Assembly: GCA_937927455.1 (NCBI GenBank)
Contig: CALBEG010000046.1
Coordinates: 1-39,939 of the forward strand
Length of the DNA stretch: 39,939 bases
Direction of reading: 5' to 3'
Source: an uncultured Elioraea sp.
GTDB lineage: Bacteria > Pseudomonadota > Alphaproteobacteria > Acetobacterales > Acetobacteraceae
The position numbers and the translations under genes are program-made. Shown here in pieces: positions 10,063 through 19,259 of the stretch (position 1 is its first letter; each line of letters opens with the position of its first letter). The notes below the pieces were generated by a model, which ran no database searches, was not told where the DNA came from, and was given only the letters and a program-made list of their open reading frames with translations.

Positions 10063-10091
10063 TTGCCGCCGGGCGACGGGGCGGCTATAGC
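10063..10091 (+). promoter_or_regulatory. Candidate sigma70 promoter for serC-serA
   Basis: TTGCCG (10063-10068), 17-nt spacer, TATAGC (10086-10091). Same architecture as the tRNA promoter at 26453. Confidence 0.6.
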
Positions 10092-10092
10092 C

Positions 10093-10147
10093 GGTGGCGG
10101 GTCACGCCCCCCCACCGGGGCGCATCGCTTCTGCAAGGGAGCCTGCC
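10093..10147 (+). ncRNA. Candidate serC leader cis-regulatory RNA
   Basis: Stem CGCCCC (10105-10110) / GGGGCG (10117-10122) with loop CCCACC, which is complementary to upstream GGTGG/GGGT. It lies in the serC 5' region, where the alphaproteobacterial serC leader motif is known to occur. Confidence 0.45.
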
Positions 10148-11341
10148 ATGGCGAACAGCGCCACGCCGCCCGCGCGGCCATTTCTCCGTCCTGCCAATCC
10201 GCGTTTCTCTTCCGGGCCCACGGCGAAGCGGCCCGGCTGGTCGCCTGCCGCCCTCGAGGGCGCACTGGTCGGCCGGTCGCACCGCGCGAAGGATCCGAAA
10301 GCGCGTCTTGCCGAGGTGATCACGAGATCGAAACGGATTCTCGGCCTGCCGGAGAACTGGCGGCTCGGCATCGTTCCGGCGTCCGACACAGGGGCGATCG
10401 AGATGGCGATGTGGACCCTGCTCGGGGCGCGCCCTGTCGACGTGATCGCCTTCGAATCCTTCGGCGAGGCCTGGGCGGTGGATGTCGCAAAGCAGCTCAA
10501 GGTCGAGCACCGCATCCATTCAGCCCCGTACGGCAAGTTGCCGGATCTGAGTGCCGTCGACTGGACCCATGATGTGGTGTTCTGCTGGAACGGCACCACC
10601 TCTGGAGTGCGCATCCCTGATGGCGCGTGGATCGCGCCCGACCGCGCGGGGCTTGCGATCTGCGATGCAACCTCGGCCGTGTTCGCGATGGAGCTCCCCT
10701 ACGACCGGCTCGATGTGATCACCTGGTCCTGGCAGAAGGTGCTGGGTGGTGAGGCCGCGCATGGCATGCTGGCGCTCTCTCCGCGCGCAATCGAGCGTCT
10801 TCTTTCACACAAGCCCGCCTGGCCGCTGCCGAAGATCTTCCGCCTTGTTTCGGGCGGCAAGCTCATCGAGGGCATCTTCAAGGGCGAAACGATCAACACC
10901 CCGTCCATGCTTTGTGTGGAGGATGCGCTCGATGGGCTCGCTTGGGCGGAGTCGATCGGTGGCTTGCCCGAACTCATCCGCCGGTCGGAGGCGAACCTTG
11001 CCGCGGTCGCGCGTTGGATCGAAACGACACCCAATTATGCTTTCCTCGCCGAAGACCCGCGCACGCGATCCTCAACCTCGATTTGCCTCTCCATCGTCGC
11101 CCCCTGGTTCACCGCCCTTCCCGCGGAAAGCCAGGCCGAGGCCGCGAAGGCGATCGCTGCGCTCCTAGAGGCGGAGGGTGTGGCGCTTGATGCGGGTGGC
11201 TATCGCGACGCGCCGCCGGGGCTGAGGCTCTGGGGCGGAGCGACGGTGGAGACCGCCGACATGGAGGCCGCTCTGCCGTGGCTCGATTGGGCGGCCGAGA
11301 CGGTCGCGCAACGTTTCGCGACCGTGCCGGCCGGGGAGTGA
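10148..11341 (+). CDS. serC: Phosphoserine aminotransferase (alphaproteobacterial/Methanosarcina type)
   Basis: RFSSGP, GRSHR, PASDTGA, WNGTTSG, DATSA, PLP-lysine SWQKVLGGE and [13 protein letters not shown] motifs. ATG at 10148 after AAGGGAG. Confidence 0.97.
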   Translation: MANSATPPARPFLRPANPRFSSGPTAKRPGWSPAALEGALVGRSHRAKDPKARLAEVITRSKRILGLPENWRLGIVPASDTGAIEMAMWTLLGARPVDVIAFESFGEAWAVDVAKQLKVEHRIHSAPYGKLPDLSAVDWTHDVVFCWNGTTSGVRIPDGAWIAPDRAGLAICDATSAVFAMELPYDRLDVITWSWQKVLGGEAAHGMLALSPRAIERLLSHKPAWPLPKIFRLVSGGKLIEGIFKGETINTPSMLCVEDALDGLAWAESIGGLPELIRRSEANLAAVARWIETTPNYAFLAEDPRTRSSTSICLSIVAPWFTALPAESQAEAAKAIAALLEAEGVALDAGGYRDAPPGLRLWGGATVETADMEAALPWLDWAAETVAQRFATVPAGE

Positions 11342-11345
11342 GCCG

Positions 11346-12932
11346 ATGCCGAAGGTTCTCATCTCCGACAAGCTCTCGCCCGCTGCGGTCGACATCTTTC
11401 GCAACCGCGGCATCGAGGTCGATGTCAAGACCGGCCTGTCGCCGGCGGAGCTGCGGGCCGTCATCGCCGACTATGACGGGCTCGCCGTCCGCTCCTCGAC
11501 CAAGGTGACGGCGGAGCTCCTCGCCGCGGCGAGACGTCTCAAGGTTGTGGGTCGTGCCGGCATCGGTGTCGACAATGTCGACGTGAAGGCTGCAACCGCC
11601 CGCGGCGTGGTGGTGATGAACACGCCGCATGGCAATGCCATCACCACGGCGGAGCATGCGATTGCCCTGATGTTCGCGCTCGCCCGGCAAATCCCGGAGG
11701 CTTCCGTTTCCACCAAGGCGGGCAAATGGGAGAAGAACCGTTTCCTGGGCGTCGAGCTCTACGGCAAGACGCTTGGCATCATCGGCTGCGGCAACATAGG
11801 CTCCATCGTTGCTGACCGCGCGCTCGGGCTGAAAATGAAGGTGATCGCCTACGATCCCTTCCTCTCCGATCAACGGGCAGTCGCGCTCGGCGTGGAGAAG
11901 GTTGATCTGCACGATCTGTTCGCGCGGGCCGACATCATCACCCTGCACGCCCCGCTGACGGAAGGCACGCGCCACATCATCGATGCGCCCGCGATCGCGC
12001 AGATGAAGCGTGGCGTGCGCATCATCAACTGTGCTCGTGGCGGGCTGATTGTGGAGAAGGATCTTCACGACGCGCTCGTCGCCGGTCATGTTGCTGGTGC
12101 CGCGCTCGACGTGTTCGAGACCGAGCCGGCGACCGAGAGCCCGTTGTTCCAGCTGGAGAATGTCATCTGCACGCCGCATCTCGGTGCCTCGACCGTGGAG
12201 GCGCAGGAGAACGTGGCACTTCAGATCGCTGAGCAGATGAGCGACTTCCTCCTGACGGGTGCGGTGATGAACGCGATCAACATGCCCTCTGTCTCGGCGG
12301 AGGACGCACCACGTCTCAAGCCCTACATGGAGCTTGCACGCCTGCTCGGCGCCTTCGCCGGCCAGCTCTCGGTGGCGCGTGACGATGGGTTTCGCTCCAT
12401 TGCGATCGAATATGAGGGTCATGTTACGACTTTGAACCATACGCCGCTGACGGCAGCCGCACTCGCAGGCCTGCTTGGCCCACTGATGGAAGGCGTGAAC
12501 ATGGTCAACGCTCCGGTGATGGCGCGCGAGCGCGGCATCGATCTCACCGAGACCGTGCACGATCGGCCATCCGAGTATCAGACGCTGATCCGGATCGCGG
12601 TGACGACCGATCGCGACACGCGTGCGGTCGCCGGAACGCTCATCGCCGGTTCCCGTCCGCGTCTGATCGAGATCAAGGGCATCCCGGTGGAGGCCGACTT
12701 CTCGCGCCACATGCTGTACGTGACGAACGAGGACAAGCCGGGCTTCATCGGTCGGTTCGGCACCACGCTCGCCGAAGCCGGCGTGAACATCGCGACCATG
12801 CATCTCGGTCGCACTGCGCCGGGAGGGGACGCGATTTGCCTTGTCTCCGTCGACGAGCCAGTTCCGGCGGAGGTGCTCGAACGCGTGCGCGGGCTGCCGC
12901 TGGTGAAACAAGCAACCCTGCTGTCGTTTTGA
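11346..12932 (+). CDS. serA: D-3-phosphoglycerate dehydrogenase (with ASB and ACT domains)
   Basis: GRAGIGVDNVD, GIIGCGNIG, NCARGG, TPHLGAST and C-terminal ACT (DKPGFIG...NIA). Confidence 0.98.
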   Translation: MPKVLISDKLSPAAVDIFRNRGIEVDVKTGLSPAELRAVIADYDGLAVRSSTKVTAELLAAARRLKVVGRAGIGVDNVDVKAATARGVVVMNTPHGNAITTAEHAIALMFALARQIPEASVSTKAGKWEKNRFLGVELYGKTLGIIGCGNIGSIVADRALGLKMKVIAYDPFLSDQRAVALGVEKVDLHDLFARADIITLHAPLTEGTRHIIDAPAIAQMKRGVRIINCARGGLIVEKDLHDALVAGHVAGAALDVFETEPATESPLFQLENVICTPHLGASTVEAQENVALQIAEQMSDFLLTGAVMNAINMPSVSAEDAPRLKPYMELARLLGAFAGQLSVARDDGFRSIAIEYEGHVTTLNHTPLTAAALAGLLGPLMEGVNMVNAPVMARERGIDLTETVHDRPSEYQTLIRIAVTTDRDTRAVAGTLIAGSRPRLIEIKGIPVEADFSRHMLYVTNEDKPGFIGRFGTTLAEAGVNIATMHLGRTAPGGDAICLVSVDEPVPAEVLERVRGLPLVKQATLLSF

Positions 12933-13081
12933 CACCGTCGGATTGTGATGGTGCTGACGTCTGGGCAGGGGTTTGCCGATGGCTTCGCTAACGTGCAAGG
13001 GCGGCCACCGCGTTATCACCCCTCACTGAGACAGGAGGTGGAGCGGTTTGCTTCTTCGCGCTGCTTGGTTAGGACGGTTCC

Positions 13082-13912
13082 TTAACGCGGCGAGGCAAGG
13101 GTCAAACCTGAGCGCTGGACCATGCGCTGCGCCTCGGCGAGCAGGGCGGAAGCGGAGAGGATGTAGACCTCGTCGCTGAGCGCTACGCGGTGTCCTGCTC
13201 CGTCCGAGCGGCCGGCTGCGGGCAGACGACGGATCGCGATAATCATGCCAACCAGCCGCCCGCGCTCGTCGACTACGGGGCCACCCGAGAAGCCCGGCAC
13301 CGTACCTGGCAGTGCAGCGACAAAGCCAGGGCCGAGCCCGGGTACGTCGATCGATCGTCCCGTGGCCAACCCATCGACACGCCGCGGCAGAGCGATCCCC
13401 GCGCCGCCTAGGGGCATGGACCCCGAGGCGGCCAAACGATCGCCGGCAGCAAGGATGGTCCTGCGCAGAGCCGGCCGTTCGTCGACGGCGGCTTCATGAT
13501 CACAGCCGACTGGGCGCAGAAACCCTTCTGCGAGCTCCAGGACGGCAAGATCCATGGCCGGGCTGCGACCGAGCAGTCTCGCGGTCGTCATCGGACCACC
13601 GGCCGGACCCCGGCGCAGCGTAACCCGGGTGCCTGGGGCCACGCCGTCGACGACATGCGCCGCGGTCACTGCAAGACCAGGAGCGATGGTGAACGCCGAT
13701 CCGACAAGACGAGGCGTGATAACCAACGCGTGGTGCGCCAGGGGATCCACGGCGATACAGGCCGACCGCTCCATCGCCGCCGGCGCCGCGCCGCCGCTCC
13801 GTGTCGCGGCAAGCCCCTGTCCTGACGCAAGCCCGACTAGCCAAAGCACCAGGACCGCGAAAAGGCCCCTGACAGGGCTGCTGACACGTCGCCGATAGAG
13901 ATCGTGACTCAT
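13082..13912 (-). CDS. Exported trypsin-like (S1) serine protease, no PDZ domain
   Basis: Signal-like N-terminus. Triad motifs TAAHVV, DLAVL and PGFSGGPV. Confidence 0.8.
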   Translation of the reverse strand: MSHDLYRRRVSSPVRGLFAVLVLWLVGLASGQGLAATRSGGAAPAAMERSACIAVDPLAHHALVITPRLVGSAFTIAPGLAVTAAHVVDGVAPGTRVTLRRGPAGGPMTTARLLGRSPAMDLAVLELAEGFLRPVGCDHEAAVDERPALRRTILAAGDRLAASGSMPLGGAGIALPRRVDGLATGRSIDVPGLGPGFVAALPGTVPGFSGGPVVDERGRLVGMIIAIRRLPAAGRSDGAGHRVALSDEVYILSASALLAEAQRMVQRSGLTLASPR

Positions 13913-14017
13913 TCTCCGCCCCTGGACCCGCCCGGTTTCGCCCGGCTTCGGCGCGCCGCAGGCTGATCAGGCCTCCGGCACCGATCTGAGTTCCGCGACA
14001 ATGGTCGCCAGGTGCGA

Positions 14018-14033
14018 TGAACAAACGCTTAAC
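14018..14033. promoter_or_regulatory. Candidate CtrA-binding site
   Basis: TGAA-CAAACGC-TTAAC, one mismatch to TTAA-N7-TTAAC, in the divergent protease/dctP intergenic region. Confidence 0.35.
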
Positions 14034-14206
14034 GAGATGGTCGACCGGAACGGTCATCGAGTCTCATGTGGAGAGCCGCGTTCACAGACCTTGCCAACTC
14101 TGCTGATCGCCGCAGACGCCCGTTGCCAGAGCGCGGCACCTGCCCCATGAAAGAGGTGTGCTCCGGCCGAGCGTGCGGCCGATGCAGGGAAATGGGGAGG
14201 AACACG

Positions 14207-15220
14207 ATGAGCCTTGGTCGTCGCACCGTCCTTGCCGGCATGTCCGGCGCCACTCTCGTCGCCGCAGCGACACCGTTGTGCGCGCAAACGGGCAGTGAAA
14301 TCCGCATCAGCCACCAGTGGCGCCAACAGTCGGACGCGCGCGATCGCGGCGCACGCCTGTTCGTCGAGGAGGTGCGCAAGCGCGCCCCCGACCTCCGTTT
14401 CCGCATCTACCCCAACCGGTCGCTGATCTCGAACCCCATCGCGCAATTCGACGCCATGCTGTCGGGTTCGCTCGAGATGGCGGTGTTCCCGATCACCTAC
14501 GGCGTGGGCAAGGTGCCCGAGTTTTCGATCGGCATCATGCCCGGAACGATCCGCAGCATCGACCAGGCGATGCGGCTGAAGGGAACCCCGTTCCATCGCC
14601 GCTTCCAGGAGATCGCGATGGAGGGCGGTATTCGCCTCGTCACCTGGTGGTGGACGCCAGGCGGCTTCGCCTCACGCGACCGCGCGATCGGCGCCCCTGA
14701 GACGGTCTCTGGCCTGCGCATGCGCGCTGCCGACCCAACCTTTGAACTGATGCTGAAGGAAGCCGGCGCCTCCGTTGTCTCCATGCCCTCGACCGAGATC
14801 TATCCCGCCCTGCAGTCGGGCGTGCTGAATGCGACGCTCACTTCGGCTGAGACCTTCGTTTCGATGCGGCTTTATGAGCAAACGCGGCATGCGACCATCG
14901 GCGGGCCGAACACGCTCTGGATGCTCTATCAGCCGCTTGTGATGGCGACTACAGTGTGGCATCGCCTGACACCGGACCAGCAGCGCGCGATCGACGAGGC
15001 GGCGAACGTTGCGGACGAGTGGTTCGCGCGCGAACAGAACGACGCAGCCGAGAAGGCGGTTGAGGCCTTCACCCGCGCGGGCAACCAGGTGCGCGGCCTG
15101 ACGGATGCCGAATACGCCGCCTGGGTGGCGCTCGCTCGCCGTACCGCCTGGGAGGAATTCGCGCGCTCGACCCGCCATGGGCGGGAGCTGCTCGATCTGC
15201 TGACCAGGGCGCTCGCGTAA
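14207..15220 (+). CDS. dctP: TRAP transporter substrate-binding protein (Tat-like signal)
   Basis: MSLGRRTVLAG signal, GLRMR motif and EIYPALQSGV motif. RBS GGAGG. Confidence 0.93.
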   Translation: MSLGRRTVLAGMSGATLVAAATPLCAQTGSEIRISHQWRQQSDARDRGARLFVEEVRKRAPDLRFRIYPNRSLISNPIAQFDAMLSGSLEMAVFPITYGVGKVPEFSIGIMPGTIRSIDQAMRLKGTPFHRRFQEIAMEGGIRLVTWWWTPGGFASRDRAIGAPETVSGLRMRAADPTFELMLKEAGASVVSMPSTEIYPALQSGVLNATLTSAETFVSMRLYEQTRHATIGGPNTLWMLYQPLVMATTVWHRLTPDQQRAIDEAANVADEWFAREQNDAAEKAVEAFTRAGNQVRGLTDAEYAAWVALARRTAWEEFARSTRHGRELLDLLTRALA

Positions 15221-15277
15221 GGGGAAGGTCATCTCCGTCCCCTTCGATCACGCTCGGTGAGGCCTTGGGCCCACGCG

Positions 15278-15805
15278 ATGTCCCTCGCACCTGTTCGCTC
15301 GGATGACGTTTCGCGCGCGGCACCCTTTTGGGTGCACGCCATCGATGCGGTCGGGCTTGTTTGCGCGATCGCCGCCGCCGTCATGCTCACCGCCGCTGTG
15401 CTGGTGGTGAGCTATATGGTGGTACACCGCTCGCTCGGCGCCTCGGCCTTCTGGGAGATCGAGCTCGCGGTCTACTTGATGGTGGGCGCGATCTTCCTCG
15501 CTTCGCCCTACACGCTGCGCACCAGGGGGCACGTCAATGTCGATCTGCTCGATGTTCTGCTCGGCGGGAGGGCGAAGCGCGCCGTTGCCTACGGCACGGC
15601 GGCGGTCGGCTGCGCGGTCTGTCTCTACCTCGCCTGGCACGGCTGGAAACTGTTTCACGAGGCCTGGGTGACGGGCGAGACGTCGGAGAGCATGTGGAAA
15701 CCGGTGCGCTGGCCGCTCTACCTGGCGATGCCGGTCGGCCTCGCGCTGACCGCCCTGCAATACGCGGCGGAAGTGTGGAAAATTGGCGCGCGGGGACGGT
15801 CGTGA
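15278..15805 (+). CDS. dctQ: TRAP transporter small permease
   Basis: Four TM segments, WEIELAVYL and GHVNVDLL motifs. Lies between dctP and dctM. Confidence 0.92.
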   Translation: MSLAPVRSDDVSRAAPFWVHAIDAVGLVCAIAAAVMLTAAVLVVSYMVVHRSLGASAFWEIELAVYLMVGAIFLASPYTLRTRGHVNVDLLDVLLGGRAKRAVAYGTAAVGCAVCLYLAWHGWKLFHEAWVTGETSESMWKPVRWPLYLAMPVGLALTALQYAAEVWKIGARGRS

Positions 15806-17118
15806 GCGAACTCGAGATCGGAGGGCTGATCCTCGTCGTCACCCTCGCCGTGCTGTTTTCGGGGCTCCCCATAGCCTGGGGTCTTGCGCTCGTCGCGGTC
15901 GGCTTTCTTGCCGTGTTCGGCTCCGCCGGCGCGCTGAACACGCTCGCCATCACCATGATGAGCGAGCTCTCCTCCTTTGCGCTGCTGACTATTCCCCTCT
16001 TCATCCTGCTCGGTGCCTCGGTGGGGGTGAGCAGGGCGGGGGCAGACATCTTCGAAAGCCTGCATCGTTGGCTTGCCCGTGTGCCGGGAGGACTTGTCAT
16101 CGCCAACATCTACGCCTGCGGGCTCTTCTCCGCGATCTGCGGTTCCTCGCCGGCCACCGCCGCAGCGATCGGCAAGATCGGCGTGCCAGAGATGATGAAG
16201 CGCGGTGTGAAGCCACGGCTCGCGACGGGCGCGATTTGCGCCGGCGGCACCTTGGGCATCCTCATCCCGCCTTCGGTCACGCTCATTCTGTACGGCATCG
16301 CAACGGAAACCTCGATCGGGCGTCTGTTCCTCGCCGGCGTGATCCCGGGCTTCCTGCTGACGACGATCTTCGCGATTTACGCTTGGGCAGCATCGATCCG
16401 CGACGTGCGGCGCAATCCGCAGCCTGTGGAACGCTACACGATGGCGCAGAAGATGGAGGGATTGGCGCGCGTCGCACCCTTCCTCGGCATTATCGTCGCT
16501 GTGGCGGTGTTCATGTATGGTGGCTTCGCCACGCCCTCCGAGGTGGCTGCCATCGCCGCCTTTCTCGCGCTTATGTTGGTGATGGTCATCTACCGCACCT
16601 GGCGACTGGGCGAGCTTTGGGCGATCTATCGCGACACCGTGCGTGAAAGCACGATGATCATGATGATCATCGGCTCGGCCGCCCTGTTCGGCTACATGAT
16701 GAGCTACCTCTACGTCACCCAGACAGTGGCCGATGCGCTCGTCTCTCTCTCGCTCAACCGCTGGGTGCTGATGGCGATGATCCAGGCGCTGCTGTTGCTC
16801 GCCGGCTGCTTCTTGCCCCCAGTGGCCATCATTCTGATGCTGATGCCGATCCTGCAACCGGTGCTGGAGGCGAACGATTTCGACCTGATCTGGTTCGGCA
16901 TCCTGCTCACCATCAATCTGGAGATCGGCCTGATCACGCCGCCCGTGGGCCTGAACCTCTATGTGCTGCGCGGGGTGGCGCCGCAGGTGCCGCTCAGCGA
17001 AATCCTCTGGGGCAGCCTGCCCTTCGTGCTGCTGATGCTGGGCTTCATGGTGCTGCTTTGCTTGATGCCTGGTCTTGCGACCTGGCTGCCGAACCAGGTC
17101 ATGGGCCGAGGGTTTTGA
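15802..17118 (+). CDS. dctM: TRAP transporter large permease
   Basis: GTG at 15802 overlaps the dctQ stop. Motifs IPLFIL, GSSPAT, GGTLGILIPPS and ITPPVGLNLY. Confidence 0.95.
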   Translation: MSELEIGGLILVVTLAVLFSGLPIAWGLALVAVGFLAVFGSAGALNTLAITMMSELSSFALLTIPLFILLGASVGVSRAGADIFESLHRWLARVPGGLVIANIYACGLFSAICGSSPATAAAIGKIGVPEMMKRGVKPRLATGAICAGGTLGILIPPSVTLILYGIATETSIGRLFLAGVIPGFLLTTIFAIYAWAASIRDVRRNPQPVERYTMAQKMEGLARVAPFLGIIVAVAVFMYGGFATPSEVAAIAAFLALMLVMVIYRTWRLGELWAIYRDTVRESTMIMMIIGSAALFGYMMSYLYVTQTVADALVSLSLNRWVLMAMIQALLLLAGCFLPPVAIILMLMPILQPVLEANDFDLIWFGILLTINLEIGLITPPVGLNLYVLRGVAPQVPLSEILWGSLPFVLLMLGFMVLLCLMPGLATWLPNQVMGRGF

Positions 17119-17417
17119 GCAAAGGCGGCCTCGGCTGGGCACGGCTCCTGGTCGCGCCGTCCCTGATCGGGTTTGCCGCCTTCGGCGGCGCCTTCGCAGT
17201 GATGGTTGTGTCCGAAACGAACCGGACGCGGGCCGATTTTGCCCTCGGGCATCTCGGCCTCGCCGCCGTGCCGGTGGCGATGGTTGCCGAGGTGGTGCGG
17301 ACCCTGATGCTCCGGCGCGCGGGTGGAAGCCGACTCCGGCTCATCCTCTTCGCGCTCGTCCGTCTCGCCGCGCTGATCGCGCTTGCTCTCGCCTGGCTCG
17401 CGACGCATCTCGCCTAA
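17115..17417 (+). CDS. Small hypothetical membrane protein (100 aa, ~3 TM)
   Basis: TTG start overlaps the dctM stop (TTGA). Three hydrophobic segments and GC-rich third codon positions. Confidence 0.6.
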   Translation: MSKGGLGWARLLVAPSLIGFAAFGGAFAVMVVSETNRTRADFALGHLGLAAVPVAMVAEVVRTLMLRRAGGSRLRLILFALVRLAALIALALAWLATHLA

Positions 17418-17494
17418 GCCTCCGCACCAGCCCAGCGTGGCACGACCCCGCATGATTGCGAAACGGGTCGGGTGTGTTCGGCCCTGTTGGCCGG

Positions 17495-17700
17495 GCTCCT
17501 TCGCGCCTCCTGTGCTGGCTGCGTCCCACCCCTCGACGATCATCACGATCCTCCGTCCATGGTGTACCACTCAGTCCTGCACCTCGGTCAGCCCGCCCTG
17601 CAGGCGACGAAGTTCGCGGACACTGACGCATCACGGCAGGGTGCTTTTCGGCTGCCCGGAACGCAGCGCCTTGCGCTCTTGCGGCATGCGCTTGCCGTCG
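17495..17700 (-). pseudogene. ppk2: Polyphosphate kinase 2 (PPK2) N-terminal remnant
   Basis: Minus frame reads STLP*CVSVRELRRLQGGLTEVQD*VVHHGRRIVMIVEGWDAASTGGAK. This resembles the PPK2 pattern EL.RLQ.EL.KLQ.WV...G..VV.FEGRDAAGKGG, with in-frame TGA stops at 17631-17633 and 17571-17573. Ends are approximate. Confidence 0.72.
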
Positions 17701-17743
17701 AACACGGTTCGCGCTTCTGCTGATGAAGGTTCGGCGAAGCCCT

Positions 17744-18427
17744 TTAGCAGGTGCGGAAGGCAAGCCCGTCGATGAGGGCGGCGAAACCAGGGCCTCCCAC
17801 GGCGCCGAGCGCGATCTCGGTCACGTAGGCGGTTGGCGCCATCCTGTAGGCGGTGCGGAACTCCTGCGCCAGTTGCACCGTCTCCTCCACCCACCCCGCG
17901 GCGGGCGTCGAACCACGGCGCAGCCAGCGCGTCTGTTCCAGCACGAGCAGCAAGGGGGTGGGGTGCCAGGCGGGCTCACCGGCCTCACCGCCCCAACGAT
18001 AGGCGAGCGCGAAGCCGGGCAGCGGCCGGGTTGGGCTCAGTGCGCGGGCGAAGCCCAGTGCGTAGCGCTGCACGAGGTTCATCCGCTCGCCGTCGGGCTC
18101 GAAGCCGACCCGCACGACGAGGCCCGCACCGTCGCCGCCGGTTTCGATTCGCCACCGCCAGCTGAGGCACAGCGCAGGGTGGACGGGCACCCTTACCGGC
18201 AGGAATACCACCGCAGCCCCGCCGTGTTCGCGCCCGGCCTCGAGGCGGATCGCGGTTTCGCCCTCTGCTGTGACGGAAAGGGGAGGGAGCGGTCCCGCGA
18301 TCGGCTGCACGCGCCAGCCCTGCGCGGCGAGGGCGGGGTCGAGGCGCGCCGCCGCAGCCGCCGGCAGGGCAGCGGCGAGGGTGAGGGTCATGGCAAGGGA
18401 GGCGCGCACAGCGAGAGTGTAGCGCAC
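17744..18427 (-). CDS. DUF3047-like exported protein
   Basis: Signal peptide and DUF3047-like motifs LSWRWRI, LAYRWGG and WVEETVQLAQEFRTAY. GTG at 18427 after GAAGGGG; alternative ATG at 18392. Confidence 0.65.
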   Translation of the reverse strand: MRYTLAVRASLAMTLTLAAALPAAAAARLDPALAAQGWRVQPIAGPLPPLSVTAEGETAIRLEAGREHGGAAVVFLPVRVPVHPALCLSWRWRIETGGDGAGLVVRVGFEPDGERMNLVQRYALGFARALSPTRPLPGFALAYRWGGEAGEPAWHPTPLLLVLEQTRWLRRGSTPAAGWVEETVQLAQEFRTAYRMAPTAYVTEIALGAVGGPGFAALIDGLAFRTC

Positions 18428-18497
18428 TCTCGCCCCTTCTGGTCGCCCCGGCCGCCCGCCTGTATGGTCAAGGCGAGTTCGGAGGAGGGGACACGCC

Positions 18498-19196
18498 ATG
18501 GCCGAGATCACCATCACGGCAGCCGATGGGTCGGGCGAGTTCTTCGCCTACCTTGCGCGCCCGAAAACCCAGCCCGCCGGCGCGGTGGTCGTGATCCAGG
18601 AAATCTTCGGCGTGAACGCCGGCATGCGTGCGATCACGGACTCGCTCTCCGACTGGGGGTTCATCGCCCTCTGTCCTGATCTGTTCTGGCGGATCGAACC
18701 GCGCGTCGACATCACCGACCGCACCCAGGCCGAGTGGGACAAGGCCTTCGCCCTGTTCAAGGCCTTCGACCAGGAGAAGGGGGTGGAGGACCTGCAGGCC
18801 GCGGTCGCTGCGGCGCGTTGCCTGGATGGGGCGAACGGCAAGGTTGCCACCATGGGATTCTGCCTCGGTGGGCGGATGGCGGCGCTGATGGCGCTGCGGT
18901 CGGATGCAGACGCCAATGTGTCGTACTACGGGGTCGGGCTCGAAGGGCTCGCTTCCGACCTGCGGGCTCTGAAACGGCCTTTGCTCATGCACATCGCGGA
19001 AAAGGACCGCTTCGTGCCGAAGGAGGCGCAAGGGGTCGTGCTTGCCGCCGTGCTGCCTAACCCGCGCATCACGGCCCATGTCTATCCGGACGTCGACCAT
19101 GCCTTCGCCCGGGTCGGCGGCCAGCATTGGGACGGGCGGGCGGCGGCGATCGCCAACGGACGGACGGCCGAGTTCCTCGCCCGTCATCTCTGTTGA
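18498..19196 (+). CDS. Dienelactone hydrolase family protein
   Basis: QEIFGVN, nucleophile GFCLGG and HAF motifs. RBS GGAGG. Confidence 0.93.
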   Translation: MAEITITAADGSGEFFAYLARPKTQPAGAVVVIQEIFGVNAGMRAITDSLSDWGFIALCPDLFWRIEPRVDITDRTQAEWDKAFALFKAFDQEKGVEDLQAAVAAARCLDGANGKVATMGFCLGGRMAALMALRSDADANVSYYGVGLEGLASDLRALKRPLLMHIAEKDRFVPKEAQGVVLAAVLPNPRITAHVYPDVDHAFARVGGQHWDGRAAAIANGRTAEFLARHLC

Positions 19197-19259
19197 GACA
19201 GGATCGCGCGCGGAACGAGACGCGGCCGGCATGGACGGCGCGAACGAGGGAGGAGTGGC

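Noticed and set aside
17430-17460. TGGCAC sigma54-like sites here and near 22111 and 38373
   Set aside because: The -12 TTGC element is missing or wrongly spaced in each case.
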